The notes: generated by a model not told the origin, from the letters alone. Shown: positions 39,515-51,114, counted from the first letter of the stretch. The stretch: DNA of 64,000 bases from Spirochaetota bacterium (GCA_963664815.2 CAXXHB010000003.1:1088001-1152000), one strand, 5' to 3'. Numbers and translations: made by a program.

Positions 39515-40363
39515 CTAATATCTCTGTATGTACTCAATCATGGCACGACCTGCTTTTTCACTGTGAGTTTCCATGTTGCTTTCGAATTCTATGTAACTGG
39601 AATAGGGCATGATTTTTATCATGCGCTTAATATCCTCTGTCTCGTGAAGAGTATCTGTTTTTGCATCAATAATAAGGCAGGGAACAGTAATTTTTTCTAT
39701 GCTGTCCCATAATGAGTAATTTTTAATAGCAAGTGCATTGGCTTTAAGTTTGTACGGATCTGCGCAATCCAGTGTTTTTTCATACTTTTCAACCTGCTCC
39801 CGGCTGTTTTTCTTATCCACCCTGAAATTACGAAGATACCATTTTATTACAGGTTTAAACGTAAAGTATATGGCTGGATGAACTGCCGGTATTATCATGC
39901 TTAGAAATCCCGGAAACCTGATTTCAGCGTTTGGCCCGATGAGTATAGCAGATAAAGGGGACCTTTTCCCTGATGCGCAGTATTCGAGAATTGCGGATGC
40001 GCCAAGTGAACTCCCCGCGAGAACATACTTCCCTGAAGGGGGTATGACTTTTTCTATGACCTCGCCTATATCGAGCGTAAGCCGTTTCATGGCGAAGCTG
40101 ACCTTTTTTACGTCAGGAACTATGGATGACTGCTTTTCCCTTGATTCAAGGTAGAAAACCCTGTATTCGGAGGTAAGAGTTTTCAGAACGCCCCTCCAGC
40201 CTGAGATAAGTGAAATCCACCCTGCAGCAAAGATTATAACAGGTTTCTCCGGGGGGATATTCTGCGGCATGAAATCGATAATTTTCAGTGAAACTCCGTC
40301 GGAAATTTCCAGCATATATTCTTTAACGGTTGTTGAACTGTCGGTATATTGTGAATAATCCAT
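39515..40363 (-). CDS. Alpha/beta hydrolase
   Basis: GSSLG nucleophile elbow; Asp and His near the C-terminus. Confidence 0.85.
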   Translation of the reverse strand: MDYSQYTDSSTTVKEYMLEISDGVSLKIIDFMPQNIPPEKPVIIFAAGWISLISGWRGVLKTLTSEYRVFYLESREKQSSIVPDVKKVSFAMKRLTLDIGEVIEKVIPPSGKYVLAGSSLGASAILEYCASGKRSPLSAILIGPNAEIRFPGFLSMIIPAVHPAIYFTFKPVIKWYLRNFRVDKKNSREQVEKYEKTLDCADPYKLKANALAIKNYSLWDSIEKITVPCLIIDAKTDTLHETEDIKRMIKIMPYSSYIEFESNMETHSEKAGRAMIEYIQRY

Positions 40364-40530
40364 TTATTTATCCAGGATATTTAATTTAACTGAGTTTAGG
40401 TATCAATTTATTTCAGGTCAATAAGAAAATTTTTGTTTTGCTGTATTATAGTAGTGCAATATTGGCAGGATGTATTTAATAATAAGGTATGTTTATTTTT
40501 CTGAAAGAAGATGCGGAAGTTAACCGGTGT

Positions 40531-40558
40531 AAAAATCCGTCCCCTCATGAGGGGACGG
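40531..40558 (-). terminator. Terminator of the minus-strand gene
   Basis: CCGTCCCCTCATGAGGGGACGG palindrome with an A-tract on its left. Confidence 0.7.
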
Positions 40559-40570
40559 GGCGGTATAGTA

Positions 40571-41119
40571 TTACCTCACTTCTGCAAGGTAGATTGTTCC
40601 TTTTATGGAATTGTCGTTAAAGTAGAAATCGGTTTTCTTTTCAACGATGTCGCTGTTTTTTGCTTCAAGCATTTCGGAAATTATCTGTTCATGCCTGTTT
40701 TTTGTGGAATCACCATTATACGGGAAGACTACACATGCATAGGCTGTATTCATTTTTATATTTCTGTCTGAATAATTCTTTTTAACAGCTTTCAGCTTTG
40801 CAATATCCTCTTTCATCGATTTTACTGTTAATGCAGTATCAGTGCCACTGTCATTTTCATTGATTACTTTGAGTTCAATTGCCCATTCATCTTCCACAAG
40901 AAGATCAAGCGCGTACTCTTTTTCGTTGAGTTTTACCTGCGCTTCCGGGATGATTTTTTTTCTGTTATAAGTCTCTTTTGCGATGGCACCGGCAAGTTCC
41001 ACCTGAAGCCAGTTTTCAAACTTAGAACTCTCTTTTGAAAATACCGCAAGTCCGTTTGAACCTTCAATCTTCACTTTAAGGTCTTTGTCTATTACGTTTT
41101 TTAGTTTTTTAAAATCCAT
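40571..41119 (-). CDS. Hypothetical protein, possible PD-(D/E)xK nuclease fold
   Basis: E(NWLQVE)...PE...LDLLV...AIELK spacing; GGAGG RBS. Confidence 0.55.
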   Translation of the reverse strand: MDFKKLKNVIDKDLKVKIEGSNGLAVFSKESSKFENWLQVELAGAIAKETYNRKKIIPEAQVKLNEKEYALDLLVEDEWAIELKVINENDSGTDTALTVKSMKEDIAKLKAVKKNYSDRNIKMNTAYACVVFPYNGDSTKNRHEQIISEMLEAKNSDIVEKKTDFYFNDNSIKGTIYLAEVR

Positions 41120-41412
41120 AAGATTTTGCCTCCTCCCTTGGACCGTCCTATTACCCCCCCCTGTAAATTCAAGTATTATTATGAATTTTTTCCATTGCTT
41201 TTAACTCTTATAACGATTAATAATATTTTTATATTGGTATTTGTCCCTTAATTTTTTTCATAGAAAAATATTATATCATCATACCACAAAGGCATGTGGA
41301 TGAAATAGTCTTCCCGGATCAGAAAAAAATAAAAAAAATATTTTTTAAGAACCGTTTTATTTATTAACCTGTCTACTATACATCAACAGATTACAGCCAA
41401 CGGAGAAAAACA

Positions 41413-43074
41413 ATGTATAACTTCAGCAAAAGTATTTTAAGAAAAAAAATTATCATAGCCCTGTCACTGTTTTGTGCTGTTCCGCTTATACTGCTTACAG
41501 AATGCGGAGGGCAGAGGATGGGGGGCAGCATGCTGCAAAAGGAGTATGCAAGGTCTGATAAAAAGGCTGCATCTATTGAAGGCGCAGCAGGCATGGCAGA
41601 TTATGAAAGTTTCACAAATTATCCTCAGCAGAAAAGTGATGACAGTGCTTATATTCAGCATAATACCGAGGAGTATGGAGTTGTCAACGAGAACCAGTTT
41701 AAAGGTACAAAGGATAATCCGCTATCCACTTTTTCGATAGATGTGGATACTGCTTCATATTCAAACATGAGAAGATTCATAACAATGAACCAGCTGCCTC
41801 CGAAGGATGCCGTAAGGATTGAAGAGATGATAAACTACTTCAGGTATTCATATCCTCAGCCGGATGGTGAACATCCGTTCTCTATTAATACAGAAATATC
41901 TGAAGCACCATGGAATAAGGATAACAGGCTTTTGCTTATCGGGATACAGGGGAAGTCGCTTAATTATAGCGATCTGAAACCATGTAACTTTGTGTTCCTT
42001 GTGGATTCATCAGGTTCGATGGCTGATGCTTCGAAACTGCCGCTGCTTAAGAAATCACTGGCGCTTATGCTGAAGGGTCTGAATAAAAAGGACAGGGTGG
42101 CAATTGTGGCCTATGCCGGATCGGCCGGGGTGGTTCTCCCATCCACGCCGGCGGGTGATAAGGACAGGATACTCGGAGCATTTGACAGCCTCAATGCCGG
42201 CGGATCAACTGCCGGAGGGGAGGGAATTATGCTTGCCTATAAGATTGCAAAAGAGAACCTGATTAAGGACGGCAATAACAGGGTGATTCTCTGTACGGAT
42301 GGTGATTTTAACGTAGGGGCATCGTCAACTGCAGAGATGGTAAGGATGATAGAGGAAAAAAGAAAAGATGATATCTATCTTACAATATGCGGTTTTGGTA
42401 TGGGGAACTACAAGGACAACAGGATGGAACAGATCAGTAACGCTGGAAACGGCAACTACTTCTACATAGATAATATTAAAGAGTCTGAAAAGGTATTTGT
42501 GAAGGAACTCCGTGCAAATATGTTTACTATTGCGAAGGATGTGAAAATCCAGATAGAGTTTAATCCTGTGAAAGTGAAATCATACAGGCTGATAGGGTAT
42601 GAAGACAGGATGCTGGCCAAAGAGGATTTTGATAATGACAAAAAGGATGCCGGTGAACTCGGAGCCGGCCATACAGTGACGGCTCTTTATGAGATTGTGC
42701 CTGCCGGAACGGAGAAGAGCGGTAATGACTCCGCTGAGTTAAGATACCAGGAGAGCAGGATAAAAAAAGAGGCCTCATCAGGAAACGAGATAATGGTTCT
42801 TAAAATGAGGTATAAACCTATTAAAGAAGACACCAGTAAACTTATTGTTAAGACAGTTATCGATGAGAATGTCAAATTTTCAGGAACATCGGCAAATTTC
42901 CGGTTTGCATCGGCAGTGGCAGGATTCGGAATGCTGCTTCGTGATTCAGAATTTAAAAGGGATCTAAAAGCCAAAGATATAATAAGAATAGCAAAAGAGG
43001 CTAAGGGTAAAGATGAAGAGGGTTACAGGGCGGAATTTATAGGACTTGTGGAAAAATACGCACTCCTGAAATAG
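41413..43074 (+). CDS. YfbK-like VWA domain protein (DUF3520)
   Basis: PLSTFSIDVDTASY, DSSGS MIDAS, TDGDFN, IAKDVKIQIEFNP, YRLIGYE. Confidence 0.93.
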   Translation: MYNFSKSILRKKIIIALSLFCAVPLILLTECGGQRMGGSMLQKEYARSDKKAASIEGAAGMADYESFTNYPQQKSDDSAYIQHNTEEYGVVNENQFKGTKDNPLSTFSIDVDTASYSNMRRFITMNQLPPKDAVRIEEMINYFRYSYPQPDGEHPFSINTEISEAPWNKDNRLLLIGIQGKSLNYSDLKPCNFVFLVDSSGSMADASKLPLLKKSLALMLKGLNKKDRVAIVAYAGSAGVVLPSTPAGDKDRILGAFDSLNAGGSTAGGEGIMLAYKIAKENLIKDGNNRVILCTDGDFNVGASSTAEMVRMIEEKRKDDIYLTICGFGMGNYKDNRMEQISNAGNGNYFYIDNIKESEKVFVKELRANMFTIAKDVKIQIEFNPVKVKSYRLIGYEDRMLAKEDFDNDKKDAGELGAGHTVTALYEIVPAGTEKSGNDSAELRYQESRIKKEASSGNEIMVLKMRYKPIKEDTSKLIVKTVIDENVKFSGTSANFRFASAVAGFGMLLRDSEFKRDLKAKDIIRIAKEAKGKDEEGYRAEFIGLVEKYALLK

Positions 43075-43268
43075 ATTTAATCTCAGTGGCTGTATTGTTG
43101 TCCGGAACTGAAGGAAATGAATACAGCCCTCCGTTTATTCTGATTCAAAAACATCTGAAAGGATATTAAAAAAATCTGGACGAATTGATGCACTTTGATA
43201 AATCTGATTTATATTGTTCAGTGGTTTGTTCATAAATTATATCAGACGAATTGAGCATGGGGGGAATT

Positions 43269-43898
43269 ATGCAGGATTACAACACTCTGATTATGTTTGC
43301 TGCGGCATCCATATTGCTGGCAATAGCTCCGGGACCGGACAATCTCTTTGTTCTCACTCAGTCGATGCTTTTTGGAAGGTCAGCCGGTTTTAAAATTACA
43401 ACGGGTCTTTGCACCGGACTGATATTTCATACCACTATAGTATCCCTCGGTGTTGCGGCGATTTTTCAGACATCACTCATAGCCTTTAATGTTCTCAAGT
43501 ATCTTGGGGCAGCATATCTGCTTTACCTGGCATATGGAGCATTCAGATCATCCTCATCGAAGCTGGAGGTGAAGGAGAGCGTAAAGCTTTCATCATGGAA
43601 TCTCTACAGGAGGGGAATAATAATGAACATAACCAATCCCAAGGTGTCTATTTTCTTTATGGCATTTCTGCCTCAGTTTACCGATTCTTCAAAGGGATCA
43701 ATAACGTTTCAGATGTTTCTCCTGGGATTTATATTCATTCTGTCGACAATATTAATATTCGGAATAATAAGCCTGCTCGCAGGAGCGGCAGGTAAACTTC
43801 TTTCCAGATCTGGAAAAGCAGACAGGACACTTAACCTCCTTGCCGGATCTGTATTTGCCGGGCTGGCTGTGAAGCTTGCCCTGACACAGCAGCGGTAA
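43269..43898 (+). CDS. LysE/RhtB family exporter
   Basis: APGPDN, GAAYLLYLA, NITNPK. Confidence 0.93.
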   Translation: MQDYNTLIMFAAASILLAIAPGPDNLFVLTQSMLFGRSAGFKITTGLCTGLIFHTTIVSLGVAAIFQTSLIAFNVLKYLGAAYLLYLAYGAFRSSSSKLEVKESVKLSSWNLYRRGIIMNITNPKVSIFFMAFLPQFTDSSKGSITFQMFLLGFIFILSTILIFGIISLLAGAAGKLLSRSGKADRTLNLLAGSVFAGLAVKLALTQQR

Positions 43899-43926
43899 AA
43901 AAGAATCGAATAAGCGGGGATATAAA

Positions 43927-44259
43927 ATGAAACTTCGAATTGCTTATATAATAATTACAGTTGCTGTCATGTCGGCGCCCTTTTTTTCAGGATGTTTAAG
44001 GAGTGTCGGGAAGTGTACTTATGGTAAAGAACCTGCACAGCATGGTAAGCTTGTTGTTAAATCAGTGGAAAAAATTTATTCTGATAAACGGACATTTTAC
44101 AGGGTGCATGTTGATGGTTTCTTTAAGCGGGATTTCATATATTCCGAAGATGAATTTTTTAAAAAGTTTACTTCAAAGGGCTATAAATCCGGTTCTTATA
44201 TTGAAGGAAATATTATTTCAGGGGGCCCATGCCCACCTGCATACAGTATCACTGATTAG
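43927..44259 (+). CDS. Hypothetical lipoprotein
   Basis: Signal peptide with FSGC lipobox. Confidence 0.65.
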   Translation: MKLRIAYIIITVAVMSAPFFSGCLRSVGKCTYGKEPAQHGKLVVKSVEKIYSDKRTFYRVHVDGFFKRDFIYSEDEFFKKFTSKGYKSGSYIEGNIISGGPCPPAYSITD

Positions 44260-44640
44260 TCGGAACCGCCTTAATAAATACCATGGAATCCGTAAAGTTA
44301 ACATAACCAGTCATTAATACGCAGCAGATCAGACTCTCCTGACAGTTGCTGATACCGGCAATGAAGATTAAAAAATCCTATAAATCCTGCAATACTTCGG
44401 TATATCTGGTCCATTCTCTATAACATATTTGTAAATTTATTAATTGAGATGAAATCATTGTTTTTAAACAGATTGGAATTTGTTCAAAACTGAGGTTTTA
44501 AAGCGATAATAGTATTTTTTTCATAAAATATTATTATTTTTTCAATAATAAATACACTTTGAATCAATAACTGATTATATTCCATAAAATTAAAACATAT
44601 ACTGAACGTGAATAGATGTTTTAAGAACAGCAGGTATTAT

Positions 44641-44964
44641 ATGGCTATATTATCATGTACAAGGAAAAATAATTCTTTTCATGTGTCTTTTGGAACTGAT
44701 ACATCAATACACAATGCATCAAGGATAAAGTCCGCCCTGTCAAAATTATTCACTTATCCGGTGGAAAGCTACCATATGGATCTTTCGGCAGTAACAGATA
44801 CTGACATAACCTTTATACAGCTGCTTTTTGCTTTTAATGAGAAGGCAAAGAAGCTTAATCGAAAAATGATCATTCTTGATCTTCCACGGGAATCGAAATT
44901 TATTTTTACTGCTTCAGAGTGTGGTGTTGACGTGAAAAGTTTATTCGAAATTAAGGATGGATGA
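44641..44964 (+). CDS. STAS domain protein
   Basis: MDLSAVTDTDITFIQLL motif; directly precedes cheA. Confidence 0.8.
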   Translation: MAILSCTRKNNSFHVSFGTDTSIHNASRIKSALSKLFTYPVESYHMDLSAVTDTDITFIQLLFAFNEKAKKLNRKMIILDLPRESKFIFTASECGVDVKSLFEIKDG

Positions 44965-47003
44965 TGATGGAACTTGAAACGATAAAAGAAGTTTTTAAAG
45001 AAGAAGCCCAGGAACTTCTTGCCCAGATTGATATCCCCCTTATGGAACTTGAAAAAACCCCGGATAACTGTGAACTTATAAATACCATATTCAGAACTCT
45101 GCACACAATCAAGGGTTCTGGAAGCATGTGCGGCTATGATGAACTGGCAAGGTTCACGCACAATCTTGAAAGTGTTTTTGACAGCATGAGAAAAGGTGAG
45201 TTAAAACCGGATCGTAAAATCATAGGGCTTACGCTTAAAGCCAAGGATTGTATAAGGACTCTCCTTGACGGGATGGACACCATGGACGACAGCAATCTGA
45301 GGAATGAAATACTTGAGGAACTGAAAGAAATTACAGAGGGACAGATTTCAGATGTTGAAGAGAGTACGGTATTACAGGAAGCGGAGGCAACGATCTCAGT
45401 TCCGGAAACAGTATCTACCGGAAGAGAACATTACAAAATTATATTTATGCCGGCACCCGATATATTTTTAAAAACAATGAAGATTGAGCCGCTACTGGAC
45501 GAACTGTCAACTCTCGGTGAATGCAACATAAGAATTGATATTGATTCAATACCGGATTTCGACGAGCTGGAACCTGAGCACTGTTATTTAAACTGGATTA
45601 TTGATCTTTATACGGACAAGGGTATCGGATCTATCAGGAATGTATTCATTTTTGCGGAGGATTATTCTGAACTTGTTATTAAAGCGTCTAATGGATTCTA
45701 TGTAAATAACGCATTTTTTCAGAAGCGTGATGTTCCTGTCCCGGAGGAGGTGGAAGCCGGTAAGATTTATGAAAGGCCGTCAAGGAGAGCTGAGGACAGA
45801 ATTGCAACTGACAGACGGAAAGGAGACAAGACTTCTATCCGGGTTAAAAATGAAAAGCTTGATACGCTTGTAAACGTTGTCGGTGAACTTGTTACTTTAC
45901 AGGCAAGGTTAAACCAGGAATCAATAAAATCCAGACAACCTGAGTTTGTCTCCATCGCGGAAAATCTCGGGAGATTGACCGATGAACTTCGCGACAGTAC
46001 AATGAGTATAAGAATGGTGCCGCTGGCGGACACCTTTAACGGTTTCCAGAGACTGATATATGACCTTTCTGCTGCATTGAATAAAAAAATAAAACTCGTT
46101 ACAACAGGCGGAGAAACCGAGCTTGACAAGAATGTTATGGAAGGGCTTCGCGATCCGCTGATGCACCTTGTAAGAAACTCTGCTGATCATGGGATTGAAT
46201 CTCCGGCAGTCAGGAAAGAGGCCGGCAAAGATGAAACCGGTACTGTAGGTCTTATTGCGGAATATGCAGGTTCCAATGTTAAAATAAGGATTTCTGATGA
46301 TGGAGCCGGTTTAAACAGGGAGAAGATCAGGAAGATGGCAATGGAAAAGGGGCTGATAGGTGCCGGAGATTACGATGACAGGCAGATAATTAACCTGATC
46401 TTTGAACCCGGTTTTTCAACGGCTGAAGTTACTACAGACATCTCAGGACGCGGAGTGGGAATGGATGTAGTGAAACGCAACATTGAAAAACTGAGGGGTA
46501 GTGTTGATGTTGAAAGCAGCGATGGATCGGGTACTACTGTTATTCTTACAATCCCGCTTACCCTTGCAATAATTGACGGCTTTATGGTTGAGCTTGGCGG
46601 AGGGCTTTTTATCCTTAATTTATCTAATGTAAGGGAGTGTCTTGATTATTCGGAAGTATCACGGGAGGATGGAAACGGACAGTTTGTTATTAATCTGCGC
46701 GGTGATATTATACCATGCGTTGATCTACGGACAGTGTTTAAAATCAGAGGTGAAAAATCAGAGTATCCTCATATTGTCGTTACTGAGATCGATAATATCA
46801 GGTACGGTTTTCTTGTGGACAGGGTAATCGGGAAATACCAGACCGTAGTAAAACCACTGGCCAAGGGTAGCCATAACCGGGATATGATAGCAGGAGCTAC
46901 CATACTCGGCGATGGATCAGTGGCGCTGATACTCGATGCGGCTGCGATTGTAAAAGACATGATAAGCTCTGCCGGAGAGAAGGGTAATAGTTACTATCAG
47001 TAA
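44961..47003 (+). CDS. cheA: Chemotaxis histidine kinase CheA
   Basis: Hpt FRTLHTIKGS, HLVRNSADHGIE, SGRGVGMDVV, C-terminal CheW-like domain. Confidence 0.97.
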   Translation: MMMELETIKEVFKEEAQELLAQIDIPLMELEKTPDNCELINTIFRTLHTIKGSGSMCGYDELARFTHNLESVFDSMRKGELKPDRKIIGLTLKAKDCIRTLLDGMDTMDDSNLRNEILEELKEITEGQISDVEESTVLQEAEATISVPETVSTGREHYKIIFMPAPDIFLKTMKIEPLLDELSTLGECNIRIDIDSIPDFDELEPEHCYLNWIIDLYTDKGIGSIRNVFIFAEDYSELVIKASNGFYVNNAFFQKRDVPVPEEVEAGKIYERPSRRAEDRIATDRRKGDKTSIRVKNEKLDTLVNVVGELVTLQARLNQESIKSRQPEFVSIAENLGRLTDELRDSTMSIRMVPLADTFNGFQRLIYDLSAALNKKIKLVTTGGETELDKNVMEGLRDPLMHLVRNSADHGIESPAVRKEAGKDETGTVGLIAEYAGSNVKIRISDDGAGLNREKIRKMAMEKGLIGAGDYDDRQIINLIFEPGFSTAEVTTDISGRGVGMDVVKRNIEKLRGSVDVESSDGSGTTVILTIPLTLAIIDGFMVELGGGLFILNLSNVRECLDYSEVSREDGNGQFVINLRGDIIPCVDLRTVFKIRGEKSEYPHIVVTEIDNIRYGFLVDRVIGKYQTVVKPLAKGSHNRDMIAGATILGDGSVALILDAAAIVKDMISSAGEKGNSYYQ

Positions 47004-47196
47004 CAGGTTAATTGATGGTTATCAGTAAAACTGAAGTATCGGCAGGTCGCAAAATTGAATAATATGTCATGAGAGTTACAGTAAAATCATGATGACATCT
47101 TACTCTCACGGGCCGGGAGTGAGATGCGGATCTTTGAATATTCTGAAGTCTCAAATGTAAGTGTTCATTATAAGTTAATTAAAACGGGAGGGAAGT

Positions 47197-48807
47197 ATGA
47201 AATTGGGAATAAGAGGAAAGCTGCTGTCAACATTCATATTGACGGCGATTGTCACGCTTATAGTCGGAATTATCGGCTACTACAGCACAAACAAGATTAA
47301 TGGTTTGCTCAATAATTTATATACGGTAAACATTGAAGGTATAAAATTCGCGGGTGATCTTGAAAACAAGGGACTGGCATTAAGAGTAAGCATACTCAAG
47401 CATATGACAGTGCCTACACTTGAGGAAAAGCTGGTGCACGAGAAAGATATAGAGAATATTTACAGCGGATATTTAAAGATTATTGAACAGTATAAGATGA
47501 TAGCCCGCACGCCAAGGGAAAAAGAGATGGCTGATACTCTTGAAACATCTATAAAGGCATATAAAGAAGCGGTGAACAGGGTGCTTCCGTTTTCAAGAGC
47601 AGGAAAAATTGATGAAGTAAATAAAATTGTTACTATTGCTGCACCTATTTTTACTGAGAAAATCGGTCCCTCGCTTAAAGAACTTGTAAAAATCAACAAT
47701 GAACAGTCAAAAATGGCATATGAAAACAGCAATGCAGTTTCCGGAATGATTGCAATTGTCATGATAATTTCTATTATTGCAGCAATATGTCTGTCAATTG
47801 TAGTATCATTGATACTGACCCGTTCCATAATGAATGTGGTCAAAAGCATTGAAGTGACTTCTGACAATGTGAGTTCAGGTACTGAACAGATATCTTCATC
47901 GTCAGAACAGCTGTCACAAGGGGCGAATGAACAGGCTGCCAGTGTTGAGGAGATATCCTCGGCAATTGAAGAGATGACAGCAACAATAAGGCAGAATGCC
48001 GATAACGCCGGGCAGACCGAGAGAATAGCGTCAAAGAGCGCCAATGATGCGAAGGAGAGCGGTGAGGCTATGCGCCATACGGTAAATGCGATGAAGAATA
48101 TTGCAGATAAAATTTCAATCATACAGGAGATCGCACGTCAGACAAACCTTCTGTCACTTAATGCCTCAATAGAGGCGGCGAGAGCCGGAGAACATGGACG
48201 GGGTTTTGCTGTTGTGGCCAGTGAAGTACAGAAACTGGCTGAAAGAAGCCAGGTGGCCGCCGGGGAGATAAGTGTCCTTTCCGGATCAAGCGTCGAGATT
48301 GCGGAGAAAGCGGGCGAGATGCTTGCAAAGCTGGTTCCTGATATACAGAAGACATCCGAGCTTGTTGCGGAAATAAATGCGGCAAGCAGTGAACAGGCTA
48401 ACGGGGCTCAGCAGATCAATATTGCGGTCCAGCAGCTCAACAGCGTTGTGCAGCAGAATGCTTCCGGCGCCGAGGAACTGGCGGCGACAGCAGAGGAACT
48501 TACTGCTCAGACGGTATTTATGCAGGAATCGGTTAACTACCTTAAAACCGGTGAAAAGAACAAAACCGGTAATGATGCGCCCCAGCGACAGATGCAGGGT
48601 GTATATCATGCAAATCCGCATATAGTAAAGGCTCATGGCGATATACTTCATGGAAATAAAACACCACTTAATGCTGATAACAGTAATGGCAAGGGTAAGG
48701 GTAACGGAAACGGCACGCATATACTGCACCCGGGGAAGCATAACGGTGGTGGTGTGTCATTAAATCTTGGAGACTCCGAAGACTCGGATTTCGAAAGGAT
48801 AAATTAG
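47197..48807 (+). CDS. Methyl-accepting chemotaxis protein (four-helix sensor)
   Basis: Two TMs, [28 protein letters not shown]-terminal DSDFERIN tether-like tail. Confidence 0.96.
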   Translation: MKLGIRGKLLSTFILTAIVTLIVGIIGYYSTNKINGLLNNLYTVNIEGIKFAGDLENKGLALRVSILKHMTVPTLEEKLVHEKDIENIYSGYLKIIEQYKMIARTPREKEMADTLETSIKAYKEAVNRVLPFSRAGKIDEVNKIVTIAAPIFTEKIGPSLKELVKINNEQSKMAYENSNAVSGMIAIVMIISIIAAICLSIVVSLILTRSIMNVVKSIEVTSDNVSSGTEQISSSSEQLSQGANEQAASVEEISSAIEEMTATIRQNADNAGQTERIASKSANDAKESGEAMRHTVNAMKNIADKISIIQEIARQTNLLSLNASIEAARAGEHGRGFAVVASEVQKLAERSQVAAGEISVLSGSSVEIAEKAGEMLAKLVPDIQKTSELVAEINAASSEQANGAQQINIAVQQLNSVVQQNASGAEELAATAEELTAQTVFMQESVNYLKTGEKNKTGNDAPQRQMQGVYHANPHIVKAHGDILHGNKTPLNADNSNGKGKGNGNGTHILHPGKHNGGGVSLNLGDSEDSDFERIN

Positions 48808-48817
48808 GGGGGAATTT

Positions 48818-49366
48818 ATGAATAGTGAAATGCGGAATGAAGGGGCTCAATATCTGTCATTTCTCCTTGACGGCAAGATTTTTGCTTTCGACGTTTTGAA
48901 GACAAGAGAGGTTCTTTCGTATACAAATATTACTCCTATACCATGCACACCGGTTTATGTGGCTGGTGTACTAAACTTGCGGGGGAGTGTTGTAACGGTA
49001 ATGAACTTCAGGACAAAGTTCGGCATGAGCAATGCCCCTGTTACTGATGACAGCGCGATAATTATTGTTGAGGCGAATTACGATGATGAGATGGTCGTTG
49101 TCGGTGCGCTTGTAGATGCCGTAAAAGGTGTGCTCCGTTTTGAAGCCGGGCAGATTGAACCTCCACCCAGGGTGGGAATGAAGCTGAGCACTGAACTTAT
49201 TAATGGTATTGGAAAGCGGAATGATGAATTTGTAATAATTCTCAATGTTGATAAAGCATTTTCAGAGGAGGATCTTCTTATCGCAAAAGATGCGGTAGAA
49301 ACCCCCGGAGTTTTTGAAAATGAAAATATGGTGGAAAACGAAGTTGGAGCGGTAAATACACTTTAG
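48818..49366 (+). CDS. cheW: Chemotaxis coupling protein CheW
   Basis: QYLSF...GVLNLRG...GALVDAV...QIEPPP. Confidence 0.95.
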   Translation: MNSEMRNEGAQYLSFLLDGKIFAFDVLKTREVLSYTNITPIPCTPVYVAGVLNLRGSVVTVMNFRTKFGMSNAPVTDDSAIIIVEANYDDEMVVVGALVDAVKGVLRFEAGQIEPPPRVGMKLSTELINGIGKRNDEFVIILNVDKAFSEEDLLIAKDAVETPGVFENENMVENEVGAVNTL

Positions 49367-49696
49367 AGAACAGAATGTAAAATAGTGAATAAAAATTTAA
49401 AATTTTCAATGTTTCAACCACTCGGTATGTATTTGGTGCAGTGATTGAAAACTGATTGTCGGCATTCACGTACGATGGAGTTGATTGTTGTATGGACGTG
49501 TGATGGGATTTATAGACTCATTGTTATGGTACATCATTAAAAACTGCAGTAACATAAAATGAGTTATTCAGTGTGGATTATATATAATATCAGATAAATA
49601 ATTTTACACTAAACATATGGCAGGGGATTTACGTTGGTAATTTAATAACAGGGTGCATCTATTCAGCTGTTTGAAGCAGAACAAGGTAATAATACG

Positions 49697-50548
49697 ATGA
49701 ATGGTTTTGAAATCGAAATGACAGAAAGAGAGAGAATCGAGATAAGCTCATTAATAGAAACGCATTTCGGTATTAAGATGCCACCAATTAAAAAGGTGCT
49801 ATTAACAAGCCGTTTGTCAAAACGGCTGCATGCCCTTGGACTGAAAAGCTATAATGAATATTACAAATATATAACTGAAGAGAAGGGGGACAGAGAGGAG
49901 TTTCACATTTTTGCCGATCTCGTTTCGACACATGAAACGAGTTTTTTCCGGGAACCACAGCACTTCGAGTTTCTTTATAAAACCGCTCTTCCCCAGGTGA
50001 TTGAAAGCAGGGGGACAGGTGCAAAAAATCAGTTAAGGGTTCTCAGCTGCGCGTGTTCAACCGGAGAAGAGGCATATACAATATCTGTTACGATTGAGGA
50101 ATTTATAAGAAACAATGAACTTAAATATTTTACATATAGAATAACAGGAACAGATATATCAAAGAATGTTGTGGATGTTGCTGCAAGAGGTGTGTATCAT
50201 GAGTCGCGGATTTTTAATGTTCCTCATGAATACAAACAGAGGTACTTCATGAAGGGGAAGGGGAGTAAAAGCGAGCTTGTAAGGGTTATTCCAAGGATGA
50301 GATCATCTGCCGAGTTTTACTACATGAATCTCATGGAGGAGACATATCCCTTTACGGATACGTTTGATATAATTTTTTTTCGTAACGCGATGATATATTT
50401 TGACAGGGAAAACCAGGAAAAGATATTAAAACGCCTGTCTTCATATATGAACAAAGGCGGGTTTCTCATGATAGGACATTCCGAAACAATGTCAGGTTAT
50501 AATCTGCCCCTCCGCTGCGTGGCAACAGCAGTATACAGGAGGCTGTGA
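49697..50548 (+). CDS. cheR: Chemotaxis methyltransferase CheR
   Basis: THETSFFRE, CACSTGEEAY, GTDIS, FRNAMIYF, GHSE. Confidence 0.96.
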   Translation: MNGFEIEMTERERIEISSLIETHFGIKMPPIKKVLLTSRLSKRLHALGLKSYNEYYKYITEEKGDREEFHIFADLVSTHETSFFREPQHFEFLYKTALPQVIESRGTGAKNQLRVLSCACSTGEEAYTISVTIEEFIRNNELKYFTYRITGTDISKNVVDVAARGVYHESRIFNVPHEYKQRYFMKGKGSKSELVRVIPRMRSSAEFYYMNLMEETYPFTDTFDIIFFRNAMIYFDRENQEKILKRLSSYMNKGGFLMIGHSETMSGYNLPLRCVATAVYRRL

Positions 50549-51114
50549 TGAATATTAAAACAAGAAATAATGAGCATTATTTTCTCAATCCCGGAGAGCT
50601 GATAGTTACATCACGTGGTATGCCGGTAATAACAATTCTCGGTTCGTGTGTTGCAATTACAGTTTTTTCTCCCGAAAAAAAGACAGGAGCTATTTTTCAT
50701 GCAATGCTTCCGGAACACAGAAATAAATCCATGGTAATCAGCAATTCTCCGCCTGTATCACCGGGCTCGGATTATGTCGATTATGCTTTCTATTATGTGC
50801 GTGAAAAATTCCGTCAAAAAGGTATAAATTTTAAAACGGCTAAGTTCATGCTCTTTGGAGGCGGGGATGTAATTTATTCAGTATCTCAACAGGGATGGTC
50901 ATCAATCGGTTCTCAAAATATAAATATGGCAAAAAAGCTGATTGAGAACGAGGGAGTTTCGCTTCATGGTGAAGATACCGGAGGTAAAAACGGAAGGAAA
51001 CTTACATTTTTTCCGGATGCCGGGAAAGTATATCTGGAATACCTTAACAACAACAGGCAGTATCATAAAATGGTTAAAAGAAATGGAACGGAAGACCAGG
51101 GTTCTTATAGTTGA
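50545..51114 (+). CDS. cheD: Chemoreceptor deamidase CheD
   Basis: [29 protein letters not shown]. Confidence 0.93.
   Translation: MMNIKTRNNEHYFLNPGELIVTSRGMPVITILGSCVAITVFSPEKKTGAIFHAMLPEHRNKSMVISNSPPVSPGSDYVDYAFYYVREKFRQKGINFKTAKFMLFGGGDVIYSVSQQGWSSIGSQNINMAKKLIENEGVSLHGEDTGGKNGRKLTFFPDAGKVYLEYLNNNRQYHKMVKRNGTEDQGSYS

Noticed and set aside
44480-44580. Possible sigma-28 promoter for the che operon (AGCGATAA or ACTGATTA)
   Set aside because: Poor match to GCCGATAA with unconvincing spacing in very AT-rich DNA.
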